A stretch of DNA of 64,000 bases, from assembly GCA_016213935.1 (NCBI GenBank), contig JACQZG010000006.1, forward strand, positions 60,622-124,621. Direction: 5' to 3'. A model generated the notes under the pieces. It was not told the DNA's origin. It ran no database searches and worked only from the letters and a program-made list of their open reading frames with translations. The DNA is from Nitrospirota bacterium (GTDB lineage Bacteria; Nitrospirota; Thermodesulfovibrionia; UBA6902). Positions 11,155-21,303 of the stretch are shown in pieces (within the stretch, counting starts at the first letter, position 1; each line of letters starts with the position of its first letter). Both the position numbers and the translations under genes were made by a program.

Positions 11155-11523
11155 ATGTTTAAAAAGTTTTTAATCGGAATAGCATTGATGTTGGCAATCT
11201 GCCTTACAATCGGGTTCGGCACCGGATATGCCAAATCCGAAAAAGAAAAAGGGAAACCTGACACGGAAAATGTCGAAAAGGGCAAAGATAAATCAGACAA
11301 CGATGCAGAAGATGAGGATGATGACGATAAAGACAAAGGCGAAAAGGTGACCATATGCCATTACCCTTCAGGTGATACTGAAAAGGGCCAGACTATTTCG
11401 ATTGGCAAAAAGGCGGCTGAAAAACATGTGAAGAAGCATGGCGATACCTACGGCCCCTGCACCGGCGACGAGACGAGCGAAATTGAAAAGAAAATAAAAT
11501 CCTGGTGGGAGTTCTGGAAATGA
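11155..11523 (+). CDS. Small secreted protein with a D/E/K-rich low-complexity linker and a Cys/His-containing C-terminal region
   Basis: Signal peptide MFKKFLIGIALMLAICLTIGFGTGYA, then an EKEKGK...DEDDDDKDKGEK tract, then ICHYPSG...KHVKKHGDTYGPCTGDE. Confidence 0.45.
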   Translation: MFKKFLIGIALMLAICLTIGFGTGYAKSEKEKGKPDTENVEKGKDKSDNDAEDEDDDDKDKGEKVTICHYPSGDTEKGQTISIGKKAAEKHVKKHGDTYGPCTGDETSEIEKKIKSWWEFWK

Positions 11524-12149
11524 GGGTCATTCTGAGATATCTATCCAACATATCGCATGTTATGTTTTTTTCATTGTATATCATAATCTCAGGCTGCGGG
11601 GCGGGGACGCTCAGCCTGAAACATGAGCCTTTGCCCGGCGGAGATAATCTTCTTGCGGCTGTTCCTTCGGCAAGAATAAAGCTGCTTTCCTTTATAGACA
11701 GCAGGGAGGGGCATCCCGGGCCCGAACTGGCCGGCGGCATACAGCGGAATGTAGGCGGCCCTGTGTATGATATTATGTCGGAGCGGCCTGTCCCTGAAGT
11801 GGTGCATGAGGCTCTTAAAACAGAACTCATAAGAAGCGGGCATAAGATTGTCGAGGATAACGAAGATTTTTCCGTAAAGGGTGAGATAAAAACCTTCTGG
11901 CTCAGAACAGAGCCGGCGCCTGACTATGTAGTCCTCAGGGCAGAGGCTGCCCTTTTACTTGAGGTGATAAACTCCGGCAGCGGCAGTTCATCCATTCTCG
12001 GCCCTTACAACTCGATGAATATGGAGACAAGGTTTATAGGTTCAGACGACAGCAGTGTTTCTGAACGAATACTTGTAAAGGCATTGGGCATTTTAATGCA
12101 GAAGATAGGCGCGGACTCGCAGTTCGCGACCGCGTTGCGTAAAAAGTGA
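11505..12149 (+). CDS. Hypothetical lipoprotein; the true start is probably the internal ATG near 11562
   Basis: MFFSLYIIISGCGAG lipobox, then a soluble domain. Confidence 0.5.
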   Translation: MGVLEMRVILRYLSNISHVMFFSLYIIISGCGAGTLSLKHEPLPGGDNLLAAVPSARIKLLSFIDSREGHPGPELAGGIQRNVGGPVYDIMSERPVPEVVHEALKTELIRSGHKIVEDNEDFSVKGEIKTFWLRTEPAPDYVVLRAEAALLLEVINSGSGSSSILGPYNSMNMETRFIGSDDSSVSERILVKALGILMQKIGADSQFATALRKK

Positions 12150-12215
12150 TCCTGATTTTTTTAGCGCTACCCTGTGCTATAATTAACGACTTTCCGTTTC
12201 AAACTAATAGAGTTA

Positions 12216-14069
12216 ATGGCCGATTACTACCACAAATTTCAGATACCCGTAATGGGAACAGGCCACTCGGCCGACACGCCCATAAGGGTTGCCCATCTCG
12301 GGATAACCTCTGTTATCTCGCTCGTAGATGACATCCTTCTCGAACAAATCAGAAAGTATTATTGCGCGAAGTTCAGCCTCCCTTACTCTGAGATTACAAG
12401 AAATGAAGAAGACGGCAGGGCAAAAAGGATAACCGCTTATCTTGACGCCGTCAATCAGATCGTCAGCCTTAAACTCGATGCCTTAAAGAGAGCGCCTTTC
12501 TCGCCCGGCAATGACAAGTGCCTGTACTTCGAACTTCTGCCTGATGAGAGCCCGCTCAGGGCTGATTACATGAAGATGGCCTCCATGAAGCCCGGCCCTG
12601 AGAGGGAGTTTTTGGAAAAAGAACTTACCGGGAAGATGCTTCCCGGCTCTATCGATGTGAACATAATGGCGAAGCTCGACAACACGAATTATGACGCAGA
12701 CGGCAATCCTCTTCCTGACGAATACAGCGACGCGAAGGCCGCGCTGAGAGGTTATGCTAAGAGTTCCTTAAAGTCCGCGGTCGAGCTTTCAGCAGGCATG
12801 AACCAGAGGCTCCTTAACTACATAACCGAGTTCAGTGATTTCTACAGGAATGAAAACGGAGAGATAAAGAAGAGGATAATCCTGAAGGTGAGCGATTTCC
12901 GTTCATCCATGATACAGGGGAAATTCCTTGCCAAAAAAGGGCTTGAGGTCTATGAATACCGGATAGAATCAGGGCTCAACTGCGGCGGCCATGTATTCCC
13001 CACCAACGGCGTTCTCCTCCCGGTGATACTGCGGGAGTTCAGGGAAAATCGTGAAAGGCTGGGGAGAGAGTTCCTTCCTCTGATAGAGAAATATTATGAA
13101 AAGACGGGACGGAAATTCCCGGCGTCTGCCAGAAGTTTCCGCCCGTTTGTAACTGTTCAGGGAGGCATAGGCACATATGCCGAGACCCGCAGGCTTATGG
13201 AAGATTTCGGCATGGACATAACGGGGTGGGGGACGCCTTTTCTGCTCGTTCCTGAAGCGACATGTGTTGACAGGGCAACGCTTGAGCTTCTGATGCGGGC
13301 AGGCGAAGATGACCTTTATATAAGCGACGCCTCGCCTATAGGAGTCCAATTCAGCAATGTGTACGGTACGGGAGCAGGGCTTTGGGCGAGGAAGAGGTTT
13401 AAGGAAGGAAGGGCAGGCTCTCCGTGCGGGAAGAGTTTCCTGAAATTCAACACCGAGTTCACAAAAAAGCCGATATGCCTTTCATCGAGGCAGTACGAAA
13501 AGCTGAAGCTTGAGCAGATCGCGGGGATGGATATAAATGAAGAAGAAAGAAACAGGCTCATTGAGAATGTCATTAACAAGGAATGCATCTGCGACCAGCT
13601 CGGCAACGGCTGTCGCATAGCCCTCGGTATTGTGAACGAGAAGGACGCGCCCCAATGCATGTGCCCGGGCCCCAATATAGCATGGTTCAGCAGAACCTAT
13701 TCGCTGAAGGAGATGGTCGGCCATATTTACGGCAGGATACCTTCGCTCGTGCCTCCCGAACGGCCGCACATGTTTGCAAAGGAGATCGAGCTTTATGTCG
13801 ATTATTTCGAGAAGAAGGCGGCTGATTCTCCATTAACTCAGAATGAGATAGGCACCCTCAGGGAGTTTAAAGAGAACTTCAAGAGGAGCCTCCAATTCTG
13901 CGCCGAGATTTCAAAAGGAGAGGCTTATCCCGGCGAAAATCTCAGATCTCTCGCGGATTACGTAGAAAAGCAGGGGCAGCGCTTTGAGCTTATCTATGAA
14001 AAATTTCAGAAGAAAGCCGGGAGCGCCGATTTAAAGAAGCCGCAGCTCAGTACTTCAGGCCAAGATTGA
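12216..14069 (+). CDS. Hypothetical 617-aa protein with a Cys cluster (CICDQLGNGC...CMCPGP)
   Basis: Long uninterrupted ORF with good coding character; no family recognised. Confidence 0.55.
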   Translation: MADYYHKFQIPVMGTGHSADTPIRVAHLGITSVISLVDDILLEQIRKYYCAKFSLPYSEITRNEEDGRAKRITAYLDAVNQIVSLKLDALKRAPFSPGNDKCLYFELLPDESPLRADYMKMASMKPGPEREFLEKELTGKMLPGSIDVNIMAKLDNTNYDADGNPLPDEYSDAKAALRGYAKSSLKSAVELSAGMNQRLLNYITEFSDFYRNENGEIKKRIILKVSDFRSSMIQGKFLAKKGLEVYEYRIESGLNCGGHVFPTNGVLLPVILREFRENRERLGREFLPLIEKYYEKTGRKFPASARSFRPFVTVQGGIGTYAETRRLMEDFGMDITGWGTPFLLVPEATCVDRATLELLMRAGEDDLYISDASPIGVQFSNVYGTGAGLWARKRFKEGRAGSPCGKSFLKFNTEFTKKPICLSSRQYEKLKLEQIAGMDINEEERNRLIENVINKECICDQLGNGCRIALGIVNEKDAPQCMCPGPNIAWFSRTYSLKEMVGHIYGRIPSLVPPERPHMFAKEIELYVDYFEKKAADSPLTQNEIGTLREFKENFKRSLQFCAEISKGEAYPGENLRSLADYVEKQGQRFELIYEKFQKKAGSADLKKPQLSTSGQD

Positions 14070-14577
14070 CATTCCCCTCAGTATCGAGGCTTATCAGTCT
14101 CTTGTAATGGATTGAATAAAGGTGCCTTGCCTTCTCATGGTCGCCGTGTATATTGACTACGTTGGCTATATAAAGTGTATGGTCTCCTGTCTCGACCTCC
14201 CTGACGACCTTGCACTCATACGCCACGGTCGCCCCTTCAATAATGGGGACATCGACCTCTTTCGCTTTCAGCGGCACAAATGACGTCTCCTGAAACTTGT
14301 CAAGGTCCTTTCCGCTTCTGGTGCCGCAGAACCACGCGTCTTTTGCCTGTTCCTCTGAAGGAAAGCAGAGCACGAACTCCTTGTGGTGTTCAAGGCACTT
14401 ATGAGAATACCTCTCGCGCCCCACGGAAATCGCTATCATGAGAGGGCTCCATGAGGTGAACATCCACCACGAAAGCCCGATTATATTCGGCCTCTCCCGT
14501 TCATCCAGCGTCACCGCAAGAGTGTAAGGGAAGGGCGACGCAAGTTCAAAAGCCTCATGCCTGTCTATAGGTTTCAT
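14047..14577 (-). CDS. Flavin reductase-like (FMN-binding split-barrel) domain protein
   Basis: Overall pattern (…IIGLSWWMFTSWSPLMIAISV… hydrophobic core, 176 aa) matches flavin-reductase-like domain proteins. Confidence 0.65.
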   Translation of the reverse strand: MKPIDRHEAFELASPFPYTLAVTLDERERPNIIGLSWWMFTSWSPLMIAISVGRERYSHKCLEHHKEFVLCFPSEEQAKDAWFCGTRSGKDLDKFQETSFVPLKAKEVDVPIIEGATVAYECKVVREVETGDHTLYIANVVNIHGDHEKARHLYSIHYKRLISLDTEGNVNLGLKY

Positions 14578-14689
14578 GGCGGTTCCTTATTAATAATACT
14601 TTACTGATTGGAGATGAGATAGGCAAGAGGAGAGAGGATGCACACCCCTTGCCCCTCTTGATAGCGGGGAATGACAATGATCACCGCTC

Positions 14690-15596
14690 TCAAAAACCTT
14701 TCTTTAAAAACGCCTCGATCTTATCAAGCGCGGGGATACCCTTTCTTCCGCCGATGCTTTCGCATTTCAACGCGGCAAATGCCGAGGCAAAGCGCACGGC
14801 ATCTTTTATATCCCATCCCTTAAGCAGGCCGTATATATAACCGCCGTGAAAGACATCGCCGGCTCCGGTTGTGTCTGCCGCTTTGACCTTGAACGCGGGC
14901 GTATGAAATATCTCATCACCGCACATTGTTACACTGCCTCTTTCACCGAGCGTTATCGTAACCGCTTTTGCGCCGAACGGTCTCATCTTTAATATCGCCT
15001 TAAGCGGGTCAAAAACTTCCGAACCTCCTGCGTATTCTATTGCGAACTCCTCTGAACAGACTATGTAATCCGATGCTTCCGCAATCTCGGTCATGCCTTT
15101 GCGCATCCTTCCGGCGTCAAGCATGACAGGGATGCCTTTTTCAGATGCCGTGCGTGCGGCGTATAAGGATACTTCGCTCATCAGGCCGTCCAAGAGCAGC
15201 ATCTCCGCGCCTTCAAGGAAAGCGTGCGGCAGTTCTTTGTTTTTAAGCGGCTCCCCTGCCGGCCTTTTCCAGAAGATGGTTCTCTTTCCGCTCTTCTCTT
15301 CTACGAGTATAAAGGCCATCTGGGACTCACAGCCTCTTCTCTTTATAATCCCTGAAACATCAACGCCTTCCCTGATAAGTGAATGTGTTATCTTTTCGCC
15401 GGCTTCGTCATCGCCTGTTATCCCGATAAAGGAGCAGTCGGCACCGAGCCTCGCGAGGCTCACAAGCGCAGTAGCAACAGGCCCTCCGCCTTCTATCGCC
15501 CATTCAGCCACTTCTTTTTTCGTGTCGGGCTGAGGAATGCCGTCAACTATAAAGATATGGTCAAGAGAGCACTGGCCGATTCCGACTACTTTCATA
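14690..15596 (-). CDS. PfkB-family carbohydrate kinase; the track ORF extends to 15934, start at MKVVGIG seems right
   Basis: MKVVGIGQCSLDHIF..., GG motif, C-terminal DTTGAGDVFHGGYIYGL anion hole (ribokinase-like). Confidence 0.8.
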
Positions 15597-15701
15597 ATGA
15601 AATCATAATGACGGAGAAGGGATAATGCAAGCGTTAAAAGGCAGAAGGGGCAGAAACATATAGCTTGACTACAATCAGCTATTAGTTTTATCCTTACTTT
15701 C

Positions 15702-17078
15702 ATGAAAAAGCTGTGGGGCGGAAGGTTTGGCGAAGAGACGGAAAAGGCGGTTGAGAGTTTCACGTCGTCTCTGCCTTTTGACGTGCGTTTGTGGCGGTAT
15801 GACATCGAGGGCAGTATGGCGCATGTGGCCATGCTCGGAAAACAAAAGATTCTGTCCGCGAATGAAGTCCGAAAAATCCTGAAAGGGCTTAAGGAGATAA
15901 GGGAAGAGATAGAGAACGGAAAGTTCAGGTTCATGCCTGAATATGAAGATGTTCATATGAATATTGAGAGCGCCCTCATAAAAAAGGCCGGGCCAGCAGG
16001 AGGAAAGCTTCACACTGCAAGAAGCCGCAATGACCAGGTCGCGCTCGACCTGCGGCTCTTTTTAAGGGATGAAATAAAGTCGGTAATTAAGCTCATTAAG
16101 TGGCTCCAGAGAGTCTTGGTTTCGCTTGCAGGGAAGCATATCCGCACCATAATGCCGGGGTATACGCATCTTCAGAAGGCTCAGCCTGTCCTTCTTTCAC
16201 ATCACCTGCTTGCTTATTATGATATGCTTGAGCGCGACAGGCAGAGGCTTGAAGCCTGCCTCACGAGGATAAATGTGCTGCCCCTTGGCTCTGCGGCCCT
16301 TGCTGGCACAACTCTTCCTATCGACAGAAAACATGTTGCGCGCCTTCTCAAATTCCCTTCAGTATCTGAAAACAGCATTGACGCTGTTTCGGACAGGGAC
16401 TTTGTCATTGAGTTCATATCTGCCGCGGGCATTATAATGGTTCACCTCTCAAGGCTTTCGGAGGAGCTTGTCCTCTGGAGCAGCGACGAGTTCTCTTTCA
16501 TAGAGCTTCCCGACGCCTTTACGACAGGCTCAAGCATAATGCCCCAGAAGAAGAACCCGGACGTGCCCGAACTTGTGAGGGGAAAGAGCGGAAGGGTATT
16601 CGGGAATCTCATGGCCATGTTAACGGTCATGAAAGGGCTTCCCCTCTCGTACAACAGGGATATGCAGGAGGATAAGGAGCCTCTCTTTGATACCGTTGAC
16701 ACTGTGAAATCCTGCCTCCATATTATTACTCTTATGCTCCCGAAGATAAAGTTCAATAAAAAGGCGATGAAGGAGGGGACGGGCAGGGCGTATCTGACAG
16801 CGACCGATGTCGCTGAGTATTTAGTAAGAAAAGGGATGCCCTTCAGGGAGGCGCACAAGGTCACGGGCATGATGGTAAAGCATTGCATCGGCCAGAAGAA
16901 AAAGATTGAAAGCCTTGAGCCTTCGGAAATGAAAAGGTTTTCAAAAATGATAGGGGAGGATATTTTCCATTTTATTACCGCGGAAGCTTCTGTCGAGAAT
17001 AAAAAATCCTTCGGCGGCACCTCAGGAAAGAATGTTTCAGCCCGTTTAAGAAGTTTAAAAAAGGGCGGTGAGAAATGA
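15702..17078 (+). CDS. argH: Argininosuccinate lyase
   Basis: MKKLWGGRFGEETEKAVESFTSSL..., the GSSIMPQKKNPD signature and TARSRNDQVALDLRLF. Confidence 0.95.
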   Translation: MKKLWGGRFGEETEKAVESFTSSLPFDVRLWRYDIEGSMAHVAMLGKQKILSANEVRKILKGLKEIREEIENGKFRFMPEYEDVHMNIESALIKKAGPAGGKLHTARSRNDQVALDLRLFLRDEIKSVIKLIKWLQRVLVSLAGKHIRTIMPGYTHLQKAQPVLLSHHLLAYYDMLERDRQRLEACLTRINVLPLGSAALAGTTLPIDRKHVARLLKFPSVSENSIDAVSDRDFVIEFISAAGIIMVHLSRLSEELVLWSSDEFSFIELPDAFTTGSSIMPQKKNPDVPELVRGKSGRVFGNLMAMLTVMKGLPLSYNRDMQEDKEPLFDTVDTVKSCLHIITLMLPKIKFNKKAMKEGTGRAYLTATDVAEYLVRKGMPFREAHKVTGMMVKHCIGQKKKIESLEPSEMKRFSKMIGEDIFHFITAEASVENKKSFGGTSGKNVSARLRSLKKGGEK

Positions 17079-17248
17079 TTTTCGCGTCAAGAGCCTTTGC
17101 CAAAGCTCTCTTTGTTGTACTGATCTTCATCAGTATGCTCACTCTTTTTTCCGCCTGCGGCAGAAAAGGCGACCCAATCCTTATCATCCCTGACGAGAAG
17201 GCGGCATCAGATAATTCCCAACCGCAGAAAGAAAAGGGGGGCCATTGA
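17075..17248 (+). CDS. Unannotated 57-aa mini-lipoprotein (LptM/YifL-like); its ATG overlaps the argH stop (ATGA)
   Basis: MIFASRAFAKALFVVLIFISMLTLFSACGRKGDPILIIPDEK...: signal peptide, lipobox cysteine, then a CG(R)KGxP motif. Too short for the ORF track. Confidence 0.45.
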   Translation: MIFASRAFAKALFVVLIFISMLTLFSACGRKGDPILIIPDEKAASDNSQPQKEKGGH

Positions 17249-17826
17249 TGAAGCAGAAGATATTGGAAGCATTTAAAGAGAGCATCTCTGTCCAGGAGAG
17301 GTTCATAAGCGAAAATATCGATTCCGTTATACAGGTTTCAAATCTCATCGCAGGCGCATTTAAAAACGGGGGGAAGCTCCTCCTTTTCGGCAACGGCGGA
17401 AGCTCCACGGATGCGGCGCACATAGCCGCCGAGTTTGTCGGCAGGTTCAAGATGGAGAGGCCCGCGCTTCCCGCGATCGCTCTCAATACTAATATGGCGA
17501 TAGTCACCGCGGTAGCGAATGATTATGATTTTTCTGAGATATTTGCCCGCCAGGTCAAGGCGCATGGACATGAAGGGGATGTTGCGGTAGGGATAAGCAC
17601 GAGCGGCAATTCACCTAACGTCGTCAAGGCGATAGAGGCTGCCGCGAAGAAGAAGATGATGACGGTTGTTCTCACGGGCGCTTCGGGCGGCAGGCTCAAG
17701 TCAATGGCTGACCATGTTTTTGCAGTCCCGTCGGATAATACCCCGAGGATACAGGAGACGCATATCATACTCGGCCATGTCATCTGCCAGATAGTAGAGG
17801 AGATACTTTTCAAGTCTCACGGGTAA
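17248..17826 (+). CDS. gmhA: Phosphoheptose isomerase (SIS domain)
   Basis: GKLLLFGNGGSSTDAAHIAAEF...VGISTSGNSPNVV SIS motifs. Confidence 0.85.
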   Translation: MKQKILEAFKESISVQERFISENIDSVIQVSNLIAGAFKNGGKLLLFGNGGSSTDAAHIAAEFVGRFKMERPALPAIALNTNMAIVTAVANDYDFSEIFARQVKAHGHEGDVAVGISTSGNSPNVVKAIEAAAKKKMMTVVLTGASGGRLKSMADHVFAVPSDNTPRIQETHIILGHVICQIVEEILFKSHG

Positions 17827-17892
17827 CGGCTTTGTGAGCCTGACAAATCCTCTCAAATTGAAATCGTCGCGCCGAATTATTAATAATAAGAA

Positions 17893-19293
17893 ATGGAACT
17901 TTCTGTTGTAATCCTTGCGGCAGGGCTTGGGAAGAGGATGAAGTCCCTTAAGCCCAAAGTACTTCACGAGGCACTGGGCAAGCCGATGCTTCAGCATGTC
18001 ATGGACGCTGTGATGCCTCTGAAGCCTGTGAGGACAGTGATTGTTGCGGGCAGCGGCGCGGATGCCGTGATGAAGGAGGTAACCGGAAGCGGCCTCTCTT
18101 TCGTTATTCAAAAGAGGCTTCTCGGGACAGGCGACGCCCTTTCCACCGCGAAAAAGGAACTGAGCCGCAAGGGCACGATTCTTGTACTTAACGGCGACTG
18201 CCCTCTTATCACAACAAAAACCCTCAGAACTTTTCTTTTGCGGCACAGGCGCGGCGGGAATTGCCTATCCTATCTCTCTTTTGTGAATGATTCTCTTTCC
18301 GGTTACGGAAGGACTATACGGGACGGCAAAGGCAGAGTTGCCGGCATTATCGAGGACAAACATGCTTCAGTCGCTGAAAAAGCTAAATTCAGGGAGTTTA
18401 ACGGCGGCGTTTACGTCATGGAGCATGAGGCTCTCGGCTTCCTGAACAGAATAAAAAGGAACCCCTCTTCAGGCGAGTATTACCTGACAGACCTGATTGC
18501 CATTCTCTTAAAGGCCGGGAAAAAGGTAGACACATATATCTGTCCGGAAGAAGATATACTCGGCGTCAACAGCAGGGAAGACCTTTGCAGAGTTTCAAAG
18601 GTGTTGCAGGAGAGGGTAATATCAGGCCTGTTGAAGAAAGGCGTGACCTTCACCGATCCCTCAAGGTCTCTGGTTCATTCCCGAGTCACCATAGGAAAAG
18701 ATACGGTCATATACCCGAATACTTACATTGAAGGGAAGAGTTCGATAGGCAGCGGCTGCGTTATTTATCCCGGCTCAAGGATCATTGACAGCATTATCGG
18801 AGACGATGTGAAGGTGAAGGACAACTCCCTTATCGAAAAGAGCATAGTAAAGAAGGGCGCCTCCATCGGCCCTATGGCGCACCTGAGGCCCGAGAGCGTC
18901 ATCGGAAGCGGCGCAAAGGTCGGCAACTTTGTGGAGATAAAAAAATCCACGCTCGGCAGAGGCGTAAAGGCATCTCACTTAAGCTATCTCGGCGACGCCG
19001 TTATCGGCGATGACGTAAATATAGGCGCGGGCACCATTACCTGCAACTATGACGGCAGGAAGAAGCATAAGACCGTTATAGGCACCGGCGCGTTTGTCGG
19101 AAGCGATACACAGTTTGTCGCGCCTGTTACGGTCGGAAAAGGGGCATACGTGGGCGCAGGCTCGACCATCACAAAAGATGTCCCTGATTTCGCGCTCGGC
19201 GTCAGCAGGTCTGAACAGAAGAACATCGCCGGCTGGGGAAGAACAAACAAGTTAAAAGTTAAAAGTGTAATGTTAAAGGTAAAAGGTAAATAA
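17893..19293 (+). CDS. glmU: Bifunctional GlcNAc-1-P uridyltransferase / GlcN-1-P acetyltransferase
   Basis: MELSVVILAAGLGKRMKS... nucleotidyltransferase N-terminus plus a hexapeptide-repeat C-terminal domain. Confidence 0.93.
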   Translation: MELSVVILAAGLGKRMKSLKPKVLHEALGKPMLQHVMDAVMPLKPVRTVIVAGSGADAVMKEVTGSGLSFVIQKRLLGTGDALSTAKKELSRKGTILVLNGDCPLITTKTLRTFLLRHRRGGNCLSYLSFVNDSLSGYGRTIRDGKGRVAGIIEDKHASVAEKAKFREFNGGVYVMEHEALGFLNRIKRNPSSGEYYLTDLIAILLKAGKKVDTYICPEEDILGVNSREDLCRVSKVLQERVISGLLKKGVTFTDPSRSLVHSRVTIGKDTVIYPNTYIEGKSSIGSGCVIYPGSRIIDSIIGDDVKVKDNSLIEKSIVKKGASIGPMAHLRPESVIGSGAKVGNFVEIKKSTLGRGVKASHLSYLGDAVIGDDVNIGAGTITCNYDGRKKHKTVIGTGAFVGSDTQFVAPVTVGKGAYVGAGSTITKDVPDFALGVSRSEQKNIAGWGRTNKLKVKSVMLKVKGK

Positions 19294-19416
19294 AATAATA
19301 ACAAATAACAGAGGTTGAAACTTTAAACTGATTTTGCAAGAAGCTCTAAGAAACATATATAAATAACGATGTTAATTCCCTTCACTTTCAACTCTTAACT
19401 CTTAACTTTTTATATC

Positions 19417-21107
19417 ATGTGCGGAATAGTCGGTTATATCGGAAAGAGAAACGCAATACCTATCCTTATCGATTCTCTTAAGAGGCTCGAGTACAGGGGC
19501 TATGATTCAGCGGGAATTGCCTATATCGAGGATAAGAGGATAGATGTACAGCGGTGCGAAGGCAAGATAAAGAAGCTTGAGTCATGCATAAAGAGTAAAA
19601 ACCTGAGCAGTACGGCAGGCATCGGCCATACAAGATGGGCGACTCACGGCAGGCCTTCTGTATCAACAGCTACACAAAAGAAGGGCTCGATATCGTAAAA
19701 GCGACTAAAGAATCGCTCAGGAGGATAGAAGGCGCGTACGCTCTCGGGATAATAAGCGAAGATGAGCCTGACAGGATAATCGCAGTCAAGAAGGACAGCC
19801 CGCTTGTACTCGGCTTAGGCAAGAATGAGTTTTTTATAGCCTCCGACATTCCGGCATTCCTTAAATATACGCGTGACGTTATCATCCTCGAAAACAATGA
19901 GTTGGCAGTCATAACGAATGACGGGATATCCATAGAAGGGGTCTCTGCGGAGAGTTTTAAAGAGAGGGTCACAAAAATCACATGGAGCCCCTCAATGGCT
20001 GAAAAAGGCGGCTACAGGCACTTTATGCTCAAAGAGATACATGAACAGCCCCAGGCGATTACAGATACGATAAGGGGGCGCGTCTCTATCGAGGAGGGCT
20101 CGGTAAACCTTGCCGAGTTCTCATTCAGCGAGAAGGAGTTGAAAAAACTTAATAAGGTCTTTCTCGTGGCGTGCGGCACATCGTGGCATGCGGCTCTCGT
20201 AGGAAAATACATGATTGAAGACCTCGCGAGAATTCCTTGCGAGGTTGATATTGCTTCGGAGTTCAGGTACAGGGAGCCGGTTCTTCCCTCTAACAGCCTC
20301 ATTACGGTCATTACGCAGTCAGGGGAGACCGCAGATACCCTTGCCGCCCAGAGGGAGGCCAAGAAGCGGGGAGCAAAAGTTTTGAGCATATGCAATGTGA
20401 TAGGCAGCACATCTTCACGGGAGGCTGACGGCGTATTCTATACTCATTCCGGCCCTGAGATAGGCGTTGCGTCCACAAAGGCATTTACGACTCAGCTTAC
20501 CGCGCTCTATTTTTTTGCGATAGCCCTCGCAAGGGCAAAAAAGAGCATTAGCAAGAAGACGGCAAGGGAGTTGCTGAAAGAGGCGCTTCTCCTTCCTGAA
20601 AAGGTGGAGCAGGTGCTTAAGCTTGAGGATTCTATCCTTAAAATCGCAAAAAAGATATGTAATGTCAGCGACTTTCTTTATCTCGGCAGGGGAGTAAATT
20701 ACCCAATTGCGCTTGAAGGGGCGCTGAAGATGAAGGAGATATCCTATATACACGCCGAAGGTTATCCCGCGGGCGAGATGAAACACGGCCCCATCGCGCT
20801 TATTGACAAGGATATGCCCGTGCTCGCGCTTGTGCCGGGGCGCGGCGAGAAGATATATGAAAAGATTTTGTCCAATATAGAGGAGGCCAAAAGCAGGAGG
20901 GGCAAAGTCATCGCCATAGCTGTCAAAGGCGATGAAAAGGCCATGCGCAATTCGTCCCACATCATCTTTATCCCCGCGACCAACCGTTATCTTTCGACCA
21001 TTCTTTTCGCGATACCGCTTCAGTTGCTCGCTTACCACACCGCTGTTCTGAGGAAATGCAATGTGGATCAGCCGAGAAATCTGGCCAAGAGCGTTACTGT
21101 TGAGTGA
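19417..21107 (+). pseudogene. glmS: Glutamine--fructose-6-phosphate aminotransferase, disrupted (track ORFs 19417-19698 and 19635-21107 lie in different frames)
   Basis: MCGIVGYIG...[12 protein letters not shown] then shifts frame. By recalled comparison with E. coli GlmS, roughly 50-56 aa (the NAHPH...HNGIIEN block) are missing between HGxPS and the ...RIEGAYA block. Both SIS domains and the C-terminal ...QPRNLAKSVTVE are intact. Confidence 0.7.
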
Positions 21108-21270
21108 TTGGTGTTTCTCTTTTCTTCATTTTTTCAATAAGTCTCTTTTTAAGAGGTTCAGCTTCTGACTGAATTGATATGATCCGTTCCTTTACTGACA
21201 AACGTTTCATTCTTTCATAATTTGCTTCTCTTTCCGAATGAAGCTGCTTCATGATTTTCGGTTCATTCAT
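21094..21270 (-). CDS. Small 58-aa ORF, possibly a TA-module component, convergent with and slightly overlapping the glmS 3' end
   Basis: MNEPKIMKQLHSEREANYERMKRLSVKERIISIQSEAEPLKKRLIEKMKKRETPITQQ, preceded by GGAGGA; charged and helical like small antitoxin or addiction-module proteins. Confidence 0.35.
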   Translation of the reverse strand: MNEPKIMKQLHSEREANYERMKRLSVKERIISIQSEAEPLKKRLIEKMKKRETPITQQ

Positions 21271-21303
21271 TATTATCCTCCTGAATCCAGCTTTTTCAAG
21301 AGC

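Noticed and set aside
19294-19416. glmS ribozyme upstream of glmS
   Set aside because: The leader is only about 120 nt and lacks the conserved core segments I recall for the ribozyme; it looks like plain AT-rich repeat DNA.
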